32,000 nt of DNA, from positions 2,610,001 to 2,642,000 of the forward strand of contig CAWJMG010000003.1 in the NCBI GenBank assembly GCA_963843975.1, given 5' to 3'. The DNA comes from an uncultured Actinomycetes bacterium. GTDB taxonomy: Bacteria; Actinomycetota; Actinomycetes; S36-B12; CAIYMF01. The number at the start of each line of letters is the position of its first letter. Positions within the stretch are counted from its first letter, which is position 1. Shown piece after piece: positions 1 through 10,157 of the stretch. Below the pieces are notes generated by a model. It was given only the letters and a program-made list of their open reading frames with translations. It was not told where the DNA came from and ran no database searches. The translations under genes were made by a program, and so were the position numbers.

Positions 1-325
1 TGGCCGTGTCCTTGAATACCAGGCTCTTCGGGGCCGACTTCGCGATGAGCAGGGCCGCGGTGTTGCCACCGACCTTCTCCGCGTTGAGGTTCTTCACGAG
101 GCCCTTGCCGTTGGTGACGATGGGTGCGGACACCGAGCTCTTCGTCTTGAGTGTGATCGCAGCACCCGCCCCGGTGTTGCTGATCGTCGTGGTGGCGCCT
201 GCGGTGTTGGTCCGGCCCAGGATCAGGCTCGATCCGGTGGCGGCGTACGTCACCGCGTCAAACCCCATGACGAGGACCGACGTCGCACCGATGACGGCGA
301 ACGCTCGTGTGATGCCTTGCTTCAT
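1..325 (-). CDS. Secreted hypothetical protein, N-terminal part (gene runs off the window start)
   Basis: Not in the ORF track because there is no stop in the window. ATG at 325-323 is preceded by GAGGAGGGG. Hand translation MKQGITRAFAVIGATSVLVMGFDAVTYAATGSSLILGRTNTAGATTTISNTGAGAAITLKTKSS...VKNLNAEKVGGNTAA shows a signal-peptide-like N-terminus and Gly/Thr-rich repeats seen in actinobacterial secreted proteins. The overlapping plus-strand ORF 6..479 looks like antisense noise. Confidence 0.6.
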   Translation of the reverse strand, partial: MKQGITRAFAVIGATSVLVMGFDAVTYAATGSSLILGRTNTAGATTTISNTGAGAAITLKTKSSVSAPIVTNGKGLVKNLNAEKVGGNTAALLIAKSAPKSLVFKDTA

Positions 326-499
326 GGACCCCTCCTCTACGCGCGGCCCGAGCGGCCGGCGAGGTCAGGGTGGCAGGCTCGGCACCCGTGACGAGCCGAT
401 TCCCATTGCGCCACACCGGAAGTTCACGTTCGCGGACCCGTGCCACGAGAACGGACGGCCTTTCATCGTCGGAGAGTGATCCGACGCTCGCTCTCCGCT

Positions 500-964
500 T
501 CAGATGTCCCGGCACAGGAGCACGTGGCCGGCGGCGTCGGCCTCGAGCCCTTCCGCCTCCACCGGTACGTCGGTGCCGGTCACGACGAAGCCGATCGCGG
601 TGTGGAACGCGACCGACGCCTCGTTCACGGTCGACGTCACGCAGCGCACCCGGCGTACGCCACGCTCGCGCACGGCGTCGGCGAACGCGTCGTGCAGCCG
701 CCGCCCGAGGCCGTCGCCGCGATGGGCCTGGTCGACGCCGATCATGTGGACGTACGCCTCGTCCGGGTGGTCCTGGCTCACGAACCCGACGAGGAAGCCG
801 GCGAGGTCGCCGTCGCCGGTCTCGGCCACGAGCGACGTGCCCGCGAAGTGCTCGAGGAACAGCGAGGGCACGAGGGCACGGAGATCGCGACCGCCCCACC
901 ACGCGGGCATGACCTCGAGGATCCGCGCGTGGTCCGCCAGCGTCGCCGGGCGCAGCGTCGTCAC
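500..964 (-). CDS. GNAT family N-acetyltransferase
   Basis: C-terminal part of ORF 500..1117. It has the acetyl-CoA motif QAHRGDGLGRRL and a GNAT-like beta-strand pattern. The upstream part of the ORF is Ser/Thr/Arg-rich junk overlapping purA. I place the start at the in-frame GTG 964 (VTTLRPATLADHARILEV). Confidence 0.75.
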   Translation of the reverse strand: MTTLRPATLADHARILEVMPAWWGGRDLRALVPSLFLEHFAGTSLVAETGDGDLAGFLVGFVSQDHPDEAYVHMIGVDQAHRGDGLGRRLHDAFADAVRERGVRRVRCVTSTVNEASVAFHTAIGFVVTGTDVPVEAEGLEADAAGHVLLCRDI

Positions 965-980
965 GGGGCCGGGCGACGCG

Positions 981-2267
<1,287 letters not shown>

Positions 2268-2326
2268 CTGGCGCTCCCTCGATGAGACTCGCACGCACCA
2301 CCGAGGGGTGGTGCCACCAGAGCCTA

Positions 2327-2345
2327 CCGGCCCTGGGAGGGCCGG
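2327..2345 (-). terminator. GC-rich hairpin downstream of the FAD oxidoreductase gene
   Basis: ccggccc-tggga-gggccgg forms a perfect 7-bp stem about 48 nt after the stop at 2393. It has no U-tract, which is common in actinobacteria. Confidence 0.35.
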
Positions 2346-2392
2346 ATCACATCCCCGCGGGACGGACGCCCTGCCGGCCCGGCGTCGTGGCG

Positions 2393-3370
2393 TCAGCCGA
2401 CGAGGTTGGCCGCGAGCGCCTCGCCGAGGTGGCGGCCTGACAGCCACGCCGTCTGGATGCGCGGCGGCGCGCCCCACGAGTCGCCGCACACGCCCACCCG
2501 GCCGACGAGGCCGAACGGCTCGTCGTGGTGCGAGGCGGGCTTGGCCAGCGACCAGCGCCGGACCTCGTTCCAGGCCGGGCTGGGCACGCCGAGCACCGCG
2601 CGCAGAGCCTCGAGCATCTCGGGCGCGGCGGCCGACGGGTCGTCGAGGTGACGGCCCGCGAGCGCCGGGTGCGACTGCACGACCAGCACCGGGGCACCGT
2701 CGCCCCTGCGGCGGCCGTCGTCCGTGATGAACGTGATCTGCTCGGACTCGTTGACGAACACGCCGTCGAGCTCGGGCCAGCGGTGGTCGGCGTACGCCGC
2801 GGTCAGGCTGAGCACAGGCAGCCACTCGAGGTCGCCGAGCAGGAACCGCAGCGGGTCGTCGACGGCCACGAGGTCGCGCGCCTGCGGGCCGGGCATGGCG
2901 AGAACGACGGCGTCGAACGCCTCGCCGTCGACCAGCACCTCGTCGCCGACGCGCTGCACCGAGGCGACCTCGCGCGGGTTGACGACCGTGCGCAGGTCGG
3001 CGGCCAGGTCCTCGACGAGCGAGCGCAGGCCCGCGGCGGCGGCGTACCGCATCGGGCCGGTGGCGGACCCGGCGAGGCCCGCCGGGGTGGCGATGCGGAA
3101 CGTGTCGGTCCAGGGGTGGGCGGCACCCGCCTGCACCCAGCCGTCGACGACGGCGACGAACTCCGGGTCGTCCGCCGTGAGGTAGGACGCGCCGACGTCG
3201 ACGGCGCGGCCGTCGTACGGCAGGAACGTGTCACGCATGGTGCGCACGGCCATGCGGCCGCCGATGCGGTGGCCGCGGTCGAGCAGGACGACGTCGCAGC
3301 CGCGGTCCTGGAGCGTGCGGGCCGCGGAGACACCGGCGATCCCGGCACCGACGACGGCGACGGTCGGCAC
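2393..3370 (-). CDS. NAD(P)/FAD-dependent oxidoreductase (renalase-like / amine-oxidase fold)
   Basis: N-terminal Rossmann motif [36 protein letters not shown]. The start is placed at GTG 3370, 2 nt after the DUF3151 stop codon. The longer ORF-track form (to 4027) overlaps DUF3151 with a junk composition. Confidence 0.85.
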   Translation of the reverse strand: MPTVAVVGAGIAGVSAARTLQDRGCDVVLLDRGHRIGGRMAVRTMRDTFLPYDGRAVDVGASYLTADDPEFVAVVDGWVQAGAAHPWTDTFRIATPAGLAGSATGPMRYAAAAGLRSLVEDLAADLRTVVNPREVASVQRVGDEVLVDGEAFDAVVLAMPGPQARDLVAVDDPLRFLLGDLEWLPVLSLTAAYADHRWPELDGVFVNESEQITFITDDGRRRGDGAPVLVVQSHPALAGRHLDDPSAAAPEMLEALRAVLGVPSPAWNEVRRWSLAKPASHHDEPFGLVGRVGVCGDSWGAPPRIQTAWLSGRHLGEALAANLVG

Positions 3371-3372
3371 GG

Positions 3373-3798
3373 TCAGCGGCCTTCGAGGGCGTCCGCCGCC
3401 GCGGGGGACGAGTCGCGCAGGAAGAGGGTGCAGCGGGTCGCCTCGTCCTCCTCCCCGATGAGGGCGGCGGCGCGGGCGAGCGCGTGCAGGCAGCGCAGGA
3501 ACCCGCGGTTGGGCTCGTGCTCCCAGGGCACCGGGCCGTGGCCCTTCCACCCGTTGCGGCGCAGGGTGTCGAGGCCCCGGTGGTAGCCCACGCGCGCGAA
3601 CGCGTACGACTCGACCGTGCGGCCCTCGGCGTGCGCCTGGTCCGCGAGCACGCTCCAGACGAGGCTGCTCGTGGGGTGCGCGGCGGCGACGGAGTACGGG
3701 TCGGTGCCCGCCTCGAGCGCCTCGCGCGGTGCCGGGTCGTCCGGCAGGAACGTCGGGGCTGGGCCGCCGATGAGGTTCTGGTCGATCGGAGTGGTCAC
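3373..3798 (-). CDS. DUF3151 domain protein
   Basis: VTTPIDQNLIGGPAPTFLPDDP...YAFARVGYHRGLDTLRRNGWKGHGPVPWEHEPNRGFLRCLHALARAA matches my recollection of the DUF3151 family found next to fba in actinobacteria. The start is GTG 3798. Confidence 0.8.
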   Translation of the reverse strand: MTTPIDQNLIGGPAPTFLPDDPAPREALEAGTDPYSVAAAHPTSSLVWSVLADQAHAEGRTVESYAFARVGYHRGLDTLRRNGWKGHGPVPWEHEPNRGFLRCLHALARAAALIGEEDEATRCTLFLRDSSPAAADALEGR

Positions 3799-3848
3799 GT
3801 GCTGATCCTGCCCGACCCGGCCGCCCCCCGCTCCACGGGCGCCGGGCG

Positions 3849-3908
3849 ACCTGACCCAGGCCGATGCGCAAGAAGGAGCGCGTTCTTGCCCATCGCCCTG
3901 GGTCAGGT
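3849..3908. repeat. 60-nt palindromic element, copy 1
   Basis: Sequence acctgacccaggccgatgcgcaagaaggagcgcgttcttgcccatcgccctgggtcaggt. It forms a nested perfect pairing ctgacccagg/cctgggtcag, cgatg/catcg, gcaagaa/ttcttgc. The TGA stop (3903-3905) of the neighbouring gene lies inside the right arm. Confidence 0.9.
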
Positions 3909-4913
3909 GCGGCCGAGCTCGCGACGCAGCCGGGCGAGCCACACCCGCGGTGGCTCCTTCGGGTCCCAGCGGACGACGGTCCAGCCGGCGTCCTCGAGGT
4001 CGCGCTGGCGACGCCGTTCGCGCACAAGGGCAGCGCGGACGGACGTCTCGTCGGTGCCGAGCTTGCCGAAGCCGTCGGCCTCGCCGAGCACGCGCTCGTC
4101 CTCCCAGCCGAAGTCCGACCGACGCACCTGCCCCGACGCTCCGACGACGCGCAGCCCCACGGCGGGCGGCTTCAGGTCGTCGAGGACCATCCAGCCCCGC
4201 GACCAGCTCTCGAAGGCGGACTCCGATGCCGGGTCGACCTGATCGAGCGCCGTACGGGCGACCGCCGACCCCGGCCACCGGCGCTGGGCGTCGAGCGCAT
4301 GGACGAGCTCGGGGAGCGAGCTCGTCCGTGCTGCCTCGCGGCCTTCCGGCGTGCGGAGATACGACGTGGTCGCTTGCGCTCCGCGCACTCGGCGGCAGGC
4401 GCTGTCGAGGGAGATGAGGGCGTCCGGGAGCGACCGGCCCCGCGCCACGTCCACCGCCGTGCGCGCCGGAGTCGTCGCGCGCAACCCGCGCACGATGGTG
4501 ACCATGTGCTCGGGAAGCGCCGACGCGTGGATGCGCACGTCACCCTCTCTGCGGTCGCGGCCGTCCTCGACCGTGAGGTGCAGCAGGTCGTCCTTGCGAC
4601 GCGGCACCCAGAGGCCCTGCCACTCGGCGGCGCTCTCGTGGCTCAGAGCCGCACGACCGGTGGCGATGTGCAGGCGCGCCATCGCATGCGTGCTGAGCCA
4701 CAGCCCGCGCCCCTGGGCGCCAGGTGGCGCACGGGCCGCCGGAAGGGCCAGCACGTCGCGGTAGGGGCGGGCGAGGCGCCCCGCCTCGACCGCACGCCGC
4801 ACCTGCGCCGGAGTCCACCCGGCCGCGATCACATCGGCCCGCGGCCACGGCCCCGGGCCGAGGGCCTCCACGAGCTGCTCGACCATCTCGGTGGTGCGGC
4901 GATGCTGTCCCAT
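3903..4913 (-). CDS. AbiEi-like N-terminal / DUF559-like (PD-(D/E)XK, Vsr-fold) C-terminal domain protein
   Basis: Starting at ATG 4913 (MGQHRRTTEMVEQL) gives 336 aa. The C-terminus PPAVGLRVVGASGQVRRSDFGWEDERVLGEADGFGKL fits the D...E-x-D-G-x-x-K pattern of DUF559-type endonuclease folds. The N-terminus resembles the AbiEi_4-type domain common in this actinobacterial paralog family. The assignment is from memory of the family, not from a search. Confidence 0.6.
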   Translation of the reverse strand: MGQHRRTTEMVEQLVEALGPGPWPRADVIAAGWTPAQVRRAVEAGRLARPYRDVLALPAARAPPGAQGRGLWLSTHAMARLHIATGRAALSHESAAEWQGLWVPRRKDDLLHLTVEDGRDRREGDVRIHASALPEHMVTIVRGLRATTPARTAVDVARGRSLPDALISLDSACRRVRGAQATTSYLRTPEGREAARTSSLPELVHALDAQRRWPGSAVARTALDQVDPASESAFESWSRGWMVLDDLKPPAVGLRVVGASGQVRRSDFGWEDERVLGEADGFGKLGTDETSVRAALVRERRRQRDLEDAGWTVVRWDPKEPPRVWLARLRRELGRT

Positions 4914-5017
4914 GCCTGCACGGTGTCCGGGCACCGCATCTCGACCGGTGAGCCTCGGCGGGAAGCTGTGGACGTTGGGACGTCGCCTGCTGCCTGGGGA
5001 TCTGCCGAAGAGCGACG

Positions 5018-5077
5018 ACGTCACCCAGGATCCTGCGCAGAAACGGTCGTGCTTCTGGGCGTCGTCCTGGGTGAGGT
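5018..5077. repeat. 60-nt palindromic element, copy 2
   Basis: Sequence acgtcacccaggatcctgcgcagaaacggtcgtgcttctgggcgtcgtcctgggtgaggt. It has the same architecture and orientation as copy 1 and lies between gene 3903..4913 and the ABM-like gene. Confidence 0.9.
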
Positions 5078-5124
5078 GCACGCACCTCGCACCGCGGAAG
5101 CCACCCGCGGCTGTCGGCTGCGGG

Positions 5125-5451
5125 TCAGCCGACGGTGGGGAGCGGGGTGTAGTCGGGGAAGAGCGTGTCGGCACCGGGCACGTCGCGCACGGGGATGTAG
5201 GTGCAGCACTGCTCGTACTCCGCCCACATCGCGCGGACCTCGGGGTGCTCGTGCGCGGAGGCGATCGCCTCGTCGGACACCCACTCGAACATCTCGACGA
5301 CGTCGCCGTTGTCGGCCCCCACCGCGATGCCCGAGCGGTCGGTCGCGAGGCCGAGGTCGCGCAGCCGCTGCACGTGCGTCTCGGTCAGCGCTCTCAGCTC
5401 GGCCTGCTTGCCCGGCAGCGGCCGGAAGCACGCGATCACGATCCTGCCCAT
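5125..5451 (-). CDS. Small ABM/Dabb-fold protein (putative antibiotic-biosynthesis-monooxygenase-like)
   Basis: Starting at ATG 5451 (MGRIVIACFRPLPGKQAELRALTETHVQRL...) gives 108 aa, with GAGGAGG just upstream. The size and the beta-alpha-beta pattern are typical of ABM domain proteins. The functional call is tentative. Confidence 0.55.
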   Translation of the reverse strand: MGRIVIACFRPLPGKQAELRALTETHVQRLRDLGLATDRSGIAVGADNGDVVEMFEWVSDEAIASAHEHPEVRAMWAEYEQCCTYIPVRDVPGADTLFPDYTPLPTVG

Positions 5452-5550
5452 GGCCCACCTCCTCGGCCGAGGTTCGCACGGGACCACCTCCCGCACAACG
5501 GCTTCGGCCGTACGACGGACCACCGCCCGGCGCGCAGGGACAGCCCCCGG

Positions 5551-5616
5551 GCGACTCCACCCAGGTCGATGCGCAGAAGCGGCCAGCTTCTTGGCCCGCG
5601 TCCTGGGTCAGGTCGC
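5551..5616. repeat. 60-nt palindromic element, copy 3 (core 5554..5613)
   Basis: Sequence actccacccaggtcgatgcgcagaagcggccagcttcttggcccgcgtcctgggtcaggt. The outer arms extend to gcg/cgc. It lies between the ABM-like gene and the fbaA terminator. Confidence 0.9.
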
Positions 5617-5646
5617 GCCGACCCGGCGGCACAGGGCCCGGGGCGG

Positions 5647-5686
5647 ACGACGGCCCCGCAGACCATGGGGTCGGCGGGGCCGTCGT
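5647..5686 (-). terminator. fbaA terminator hairpin
   Basis: acgacggccccgc (5647-5659) pairs perfectly with gcggggccgtcgt (5674-5686), giving a 13-bp stem and 14-nt loop. It begins 17 nt after the fbaA stop. Confidence 0.6.
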
Positions 5687-5702
5687 ACGACGAGCGGGCG
5701 AG

Positions 5703-6725
<1,023 letters not shown>

Positions 6726-6892
6726 GGAAGTGCGCTCCTACACAACGTGGAACCGGTCCGTGGGCATCGTTGCCTGCGGTTCTCTGCGGCCCATCCTTCC
6801 ACGGCTGCCGCAAGCGGTTCCAGGCGTGGCGGGTACTGACCGGTAGGTCACACCCGAGAGGTACGCCGGACGCGCGGCGCCCCGGTGTGCGC

Positions 6893-8221
6893 TCAGGCGG
6901 GGAGCGGGGCGGCGCCGTCCGGACGGCCGGCCCTGAGCGCGCGCACCTGCGGGTCGAGCAGGCCGACCGCCGAGGTCAGGCACAGCGCCGCGCACACCCA
7001 CATCGTGGGAGCCACGCCGTACGTCGCCACCGCCCAGCCGCTGACGGCGAGGCCGATCGGCACGAACGCCAGCGAGCCCAGGTAGTCGTACGACGACACC
7101 CGCGACAGCGCCTCGGCCGGGATGTTGTTCTGGAGCGCCGTGACCCACAGGACCTCGAAGACGTCCGAGGCGACGCCGGCGGCGAAGGCGAGGACGCCGA
7201 CGACCGCGACCGGCCAGGGCGGCGCCAGCGCGACGATCGGCAGCGCCATCACCGGAGCGACGCACATCGCGACGAGCAGCGGCCGCGCCGGCCGCACCCG
7301 CAGCGCGACGACCACGCCGGCCACCGTGCCCAGGGAGAAGCAAGCGAGCAGGAATGCCCAGGTGGGGGCGCCGTTCCACGACTCCAGCGCGCGCACGGGG
7401 CCGACGACCCCGACGGCCGAGGAGAAGCCGATGTTCATGAGGGAGAACAGCAGGACGACGCCCCACACCCAGCGCCGCGCGGTGAACTCCCGCCAGCCCT
7501 CGCGCAGATCGGTCAGCGCGGAGCTGCCCGTCTCGACACGGCCGCGGGCGCGCTCGCCGAGGGCCCAGATGAGGGCCGCCGAGAGGACGAAGGTGAGCGA
7601 GTCGACGACCAGCGCCCAGCCCGAGCCGATGGTGGCGACGAGGAGGCCGCCCAGGGCGGTGCCGAGGATGCCCGCGATGTTGGTCGAGAGCCGCAGCAGC
7701 GCGTTGGTCGACTGCAGGTCGGCGGGGTCCGTGACCAGCGAGGGGACGAGCCCGGCGTACGCCGGGTAGAAGAGCGAGAACGCCGTCCCGTTGACGACGG
7801 CCAGCGCGCACAGCCACGCGACCGTGGCCGAGCCGGTGAGGAGCAGGACGCCGGCGAGGAGCTGAGCGAGACCCGCCATCACCTCGGCCAGCACCATCAC
7901 GCGGCCCCGGTCGAGGCGGTCGGCCACGACGCCGCCGAGGAGCATGAAGAGCACGCGCGGCACGGCGGCCGCGGACAGCACGAGACCCAGGTCCCCGGCG
8001 TCGCTGCCCGGGAGGCCGAGCACGCCGAACGCGAGCGCGATGGGCGCGATGCCGCTGCCGAGGTCGGACACCAGGCGCGAGCCGAACACAAGACCGACCT
8101 CGCGCCGTCGCAGCAGGCCGGCGTCGCGCCGCCAGTCGCGATGCGGGCCAGGGTCCGACGGTGCTGCGGCAGCGTCGTCCGGCGTCACGTCGTCAGGCAC
8201 TCGTGCACCCTGCCACGCCAC
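6893..8221 (-). CDS. MFS transporter (MFS_3 / EntS-like)
   Basis: About 12 hydrophobic segments, with LLGGVVADRLDRGRVM and LFYPAYAGLVP typical of the family. GTG 8221 is the longest start. The true start could be one of the downstream in-frame GTGs. Confidence 0.85.
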   Translation of the reverse strand: MAWQGARVPDDVTPDDAAAAPSDPGPHRDWRRDAGLLRRREVGLVFGSRLVSDLGSGIAPIALAFGVLGLPGSDAGDLGLVLSAAAVPRVLFMLLGGVVADRLDRGRVMVLAEVMAGLAQLLAGVLLLTGSATVAWLCALAVVNGTAFSLFYPAYAGLVPSLVTDPADLQSTNALLRLSTNIAGILGTALGGLLVATIGSGWALVVDSLTFVLSAALIWALGERARGRVETGSSALTDLREGWREFTARRWVWGVVLLFSLMNIGFSSAVGVVGPVRALESWNGAPTWAFLLACFSLGTVAGVVVALRVRPARPLLVAMCVAPVMALPIVALAPPWPVAVVGVLAFAAGVASDVFEVLWVTALQNNIPAEALSRVSSYDYLGSLAFVPIGLAVSGWAVATYGVAPTMWVCAALCLTSAVGLLDPQVRALRAGRPDGAAPLPA

Positions 8222-8261
8222 CGCCGCCCGCCCGCACGGGTTTCGCCTCGACCGACGCCCC

Positions 8262-8323
8262 CGAGTTACTGCCCACAGTGGGGTGATGGGGCCAGCCAGA
8301 ACCCCACTTTGGGCAGTAACTCG
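8262..8323. repeat. Long hairpin / palindromic element (23-bp arms, 16-nt loop)
   Basis: cgagttactgcccacagtggggt (8262-8284) pairs with accccactttgggcagtaactcg (8301-8323) with a single C/T mismatch. GC content is noticeably lower than the surroundings. It sits between the DUF2568 stop and the MFS start, so it may act as a terminator. Confidence 0.85.
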
Positions 8324-8336
8324 CGAGAGAGGCGGG

Positions 8337-8708
8337 TCAGACGGCGTGCTTGTCGGGGCCCTGCAGGAGGCCGAGCACGACGAGCTCGGCGACGACCAGA
8401 GCCACCGCGGCGGTCACGAGGCCCGAGGCGGCCAGGAGCGCTGCGGCCGCGGCGAACAGCGCGAACTCGATCGCCACGCGTGCAGCCACGGGCAGCCGGA
8501 TCTGGCGTCGGGGCGAGAGCAGCAGGCCCCACACCACGGTGGCTGCGGCGGTGGCGAGCAGGCCGATCACCCAGCCGACCGGACCGTCGACCAGGCGGAC
8601 GGCGGCCACGGTGAACGAGGACCACAGTGCCAGCTCGAGCAGGAACCGCAGCCCGAGGAGGACCACGACCCAGGCCGGCATGCGCGATGGCGGGGCGTCC
8701 GTGGTCAT
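8337..8708 (-). CDS. DUF2568 (YrdB-like) small membrane protein
   Basis: 123 aa with four hydrophobic helices. LRFLLELALWSSF and WGLLLSPRR resemble the DUF2568 family. Confidence 0.7.
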   Translation of the reverse strand: MTTDAPPSRMPAWVVVLLGLRFLLELALWSSFTVAAVRLVDGPVGWVIGLLATAAATVVWGLLLSPRRQIRLPVAARVAIEFALFAAAAALLAASGLVTAAVALVVAELVVLGLLQGPDKHAV

Positions 8709-8814
8709 GCGCCCAGCCTGCCCTCCCCGCCGCTCGGGCGCGGGCGGATCGCCGACAGCGCGTGCCCACAGCGAGAACGGACGATCGGCAGCGCGGAGCC
8801 GATCACCTCCCGGG

Positions 8815-9465
8815 TCAGCCGGTCGTCGGCCTCTGGTCGAAGACGTGGCGGCGCACCCAGGCGTGCAGCGCGATCGCGGCCGCAGCGCCGACGTTGATCG
8901 AGCGCGTCGAGCCGTACTGCGCCACCGACACCGTCGCGGCGCACACCGCGCGGGCGCCGTCCGACAGGCCGGTGCCCTCCTGGCCGAACAGCAGCACGCA
9001 CTCGCGCGGCAGGTCGAACGTCTCGAGCGGCACCGAGCCAGGCAGGTTGTCGACGCCGATCACCGTGATCCCCTTGGCCGCGGCCCAGGCCGCCAACGAC
9101 TCGGCGTCGTCGTGGTGCTCGACGTGCAGGTAGCGATCGGTCACCATCGCGCCGCGCCGGTTCCAGCGCTTGCGGCCGACGACCCGCACCGACGAGGCGT
9201 TGAACGCGTTCGCCGTACGCACCACGGACCCGATGTTGAAGTCGTGCGCGAGGTTCTCGATGGCCACGTGGAACGGGTGCCTCGTGAGGTCGAGGTCGGC
9301 CACGATCGCGTCGACCCGCCAGTAGCGGTAGCGGTCGACGACGTTGCGCCGGTCGCCGTCGCGCAGCAGCTCGGGATCGAGGCGCTCGTCGTCCGGCCAG
9401 GGCTCGGGGTGCGGACCGACTCCGACCTCGACGACGGCCGGCTCGACGTCGTCAGGCGCATCCAC
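8815..9465 (-). CDS. TrmH/SpoU family RNA 2'-O-methyltransferase
   Basis: SpoU motifs NIGSVVRTANAF, LLFGQEGTGLS and SINVGAAAAIALH are present. The start is GTG 9465. Confidence 0.88.
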   Translation of the reverse strand: MDAPDDVEPAVVEVGVGPHPEPWPDDERLDPELLRDGDRRNVVDRYRYWRVDAIVADLDLTRHPFHVAIENLAHDFNIGSVVRTANAFNASSVRVVGRKRWNRRGAMVTDRYLHVEHHDDAESLAAWAAAKGITVIGVDNLPGSVPLETFDLPRECVLLFGQEGTGLSDGARAVCAATVSVAQYGSTRSINVGAAAAIALHAWVRRHVFDQRPTTG

Positions 9466-9488
9466 GCCGTCAGCCTAGGCTCGGGGGC

Positions 9489-10157
9489 GTGTGGGAAGGA
9501 CCCGACCTGACGTCGCTCGGCGCGATCGCCGTGTACGCCGTGCTGTGGGGGTTCCTCTTCGCCGAGTGCGCGCTGCTCCTCGGCTTCCTGCTCCCTGGCG
9601 ACACCATCCTGTTCGGCGCCGGGCTCGTGGCCGCGTCCCCGAACAGCGACGTCAACATCTACGTGCTCGTGACGGGCGCGTTCCTCGCCGCCGTGATCGG
9701 CAACGAGGTCGGCTACACGACCGGACGCCGGTTCGGCCGCGACTGGGTCGAGAACCGCGAGAAGGGCCGGGCCAAGGAGCAGCTGCGCCGGGCCGAGGCC
9801 TTCTACGAGAAGTACGGCTGGCTCTCGGTCGTGGTCGCGCGCTGGATCCCCTGGGTGCGCACGTTCATCCCGATCATCGCGGGCACGGCAGCGATGGACA
9901 GGCGGGCGTTCACCTCCGCCAACATCGTCGGCGCGCTCCCGTGGGCGGTCGGTCTGCCGCTGCTCGGCTACTTCGCCTACCAGGTGCCGGTGCTGCGCGA
10001 CCTCGCGTACGCCGCCGCCGGCATCGCGATCGCCGCGACGATCGTGACTGTCCTTCTGGGTGCCGCCAGGTCGCGGCGGGCCCGGCGTACGGCGGAGCCT
10101 GAGGCCGGGTCCTCGGCCGCCGCGCAGCCCGGCGGTCAGGACGACCCGTCCGCGTGA
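9489..10157 (+). CDS. DedA family (VTT domain) membrane protein
   Basis: FAECALLLGFLLPGDTILFGAG and YGWLSVVVARWIPWVRTFIPIIAG are DedA signatures. The start is GTG 9489. Confidence 0.88.
   Translation: MWEGPDLTSLGAIAVYAVLWGFLFAECALLLGFLLPGDTILFGAGLVAASPNSDVNIYVLVTGAFLAAVIGNEVGYTTGRRFGRDWVENREKGRAKEQLRRAEAFYEKYGWLSVVVARWIPWVRTFIPIIAGTAAMDRRAFTSANIVGALPWAVGLPLLGYFAYQVPVLRDLAYAAAGIAIAATIVTVLLGAARSRRARRTAEPEAGSSAAAQPGGQDDPSA

Noticed and set aside
6-479. A 157-aa plus-strand ORF at the window start.
   Set aside because: The opposite strand encodes a protein with a strong RBS, a signal peptide and sensible composition (1..325). The plus-strand ORF is its antisense shadow.
3849-5616. Reading the three palindromic elements as integron attC sites (a CALIN-like cassette array) or as a CRISPR array.
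   Set aside because: There is no GTTRRRY / RYYYAAC core at the arm ends and no integrase in the window. Integrons are essentially unknown in actinobacteria. The spacing (about 1.1 kb and 0.5 kb, containing genes) and the sequence divergence rule out CRISPR. I kept it as an unclassified repeat family instead.
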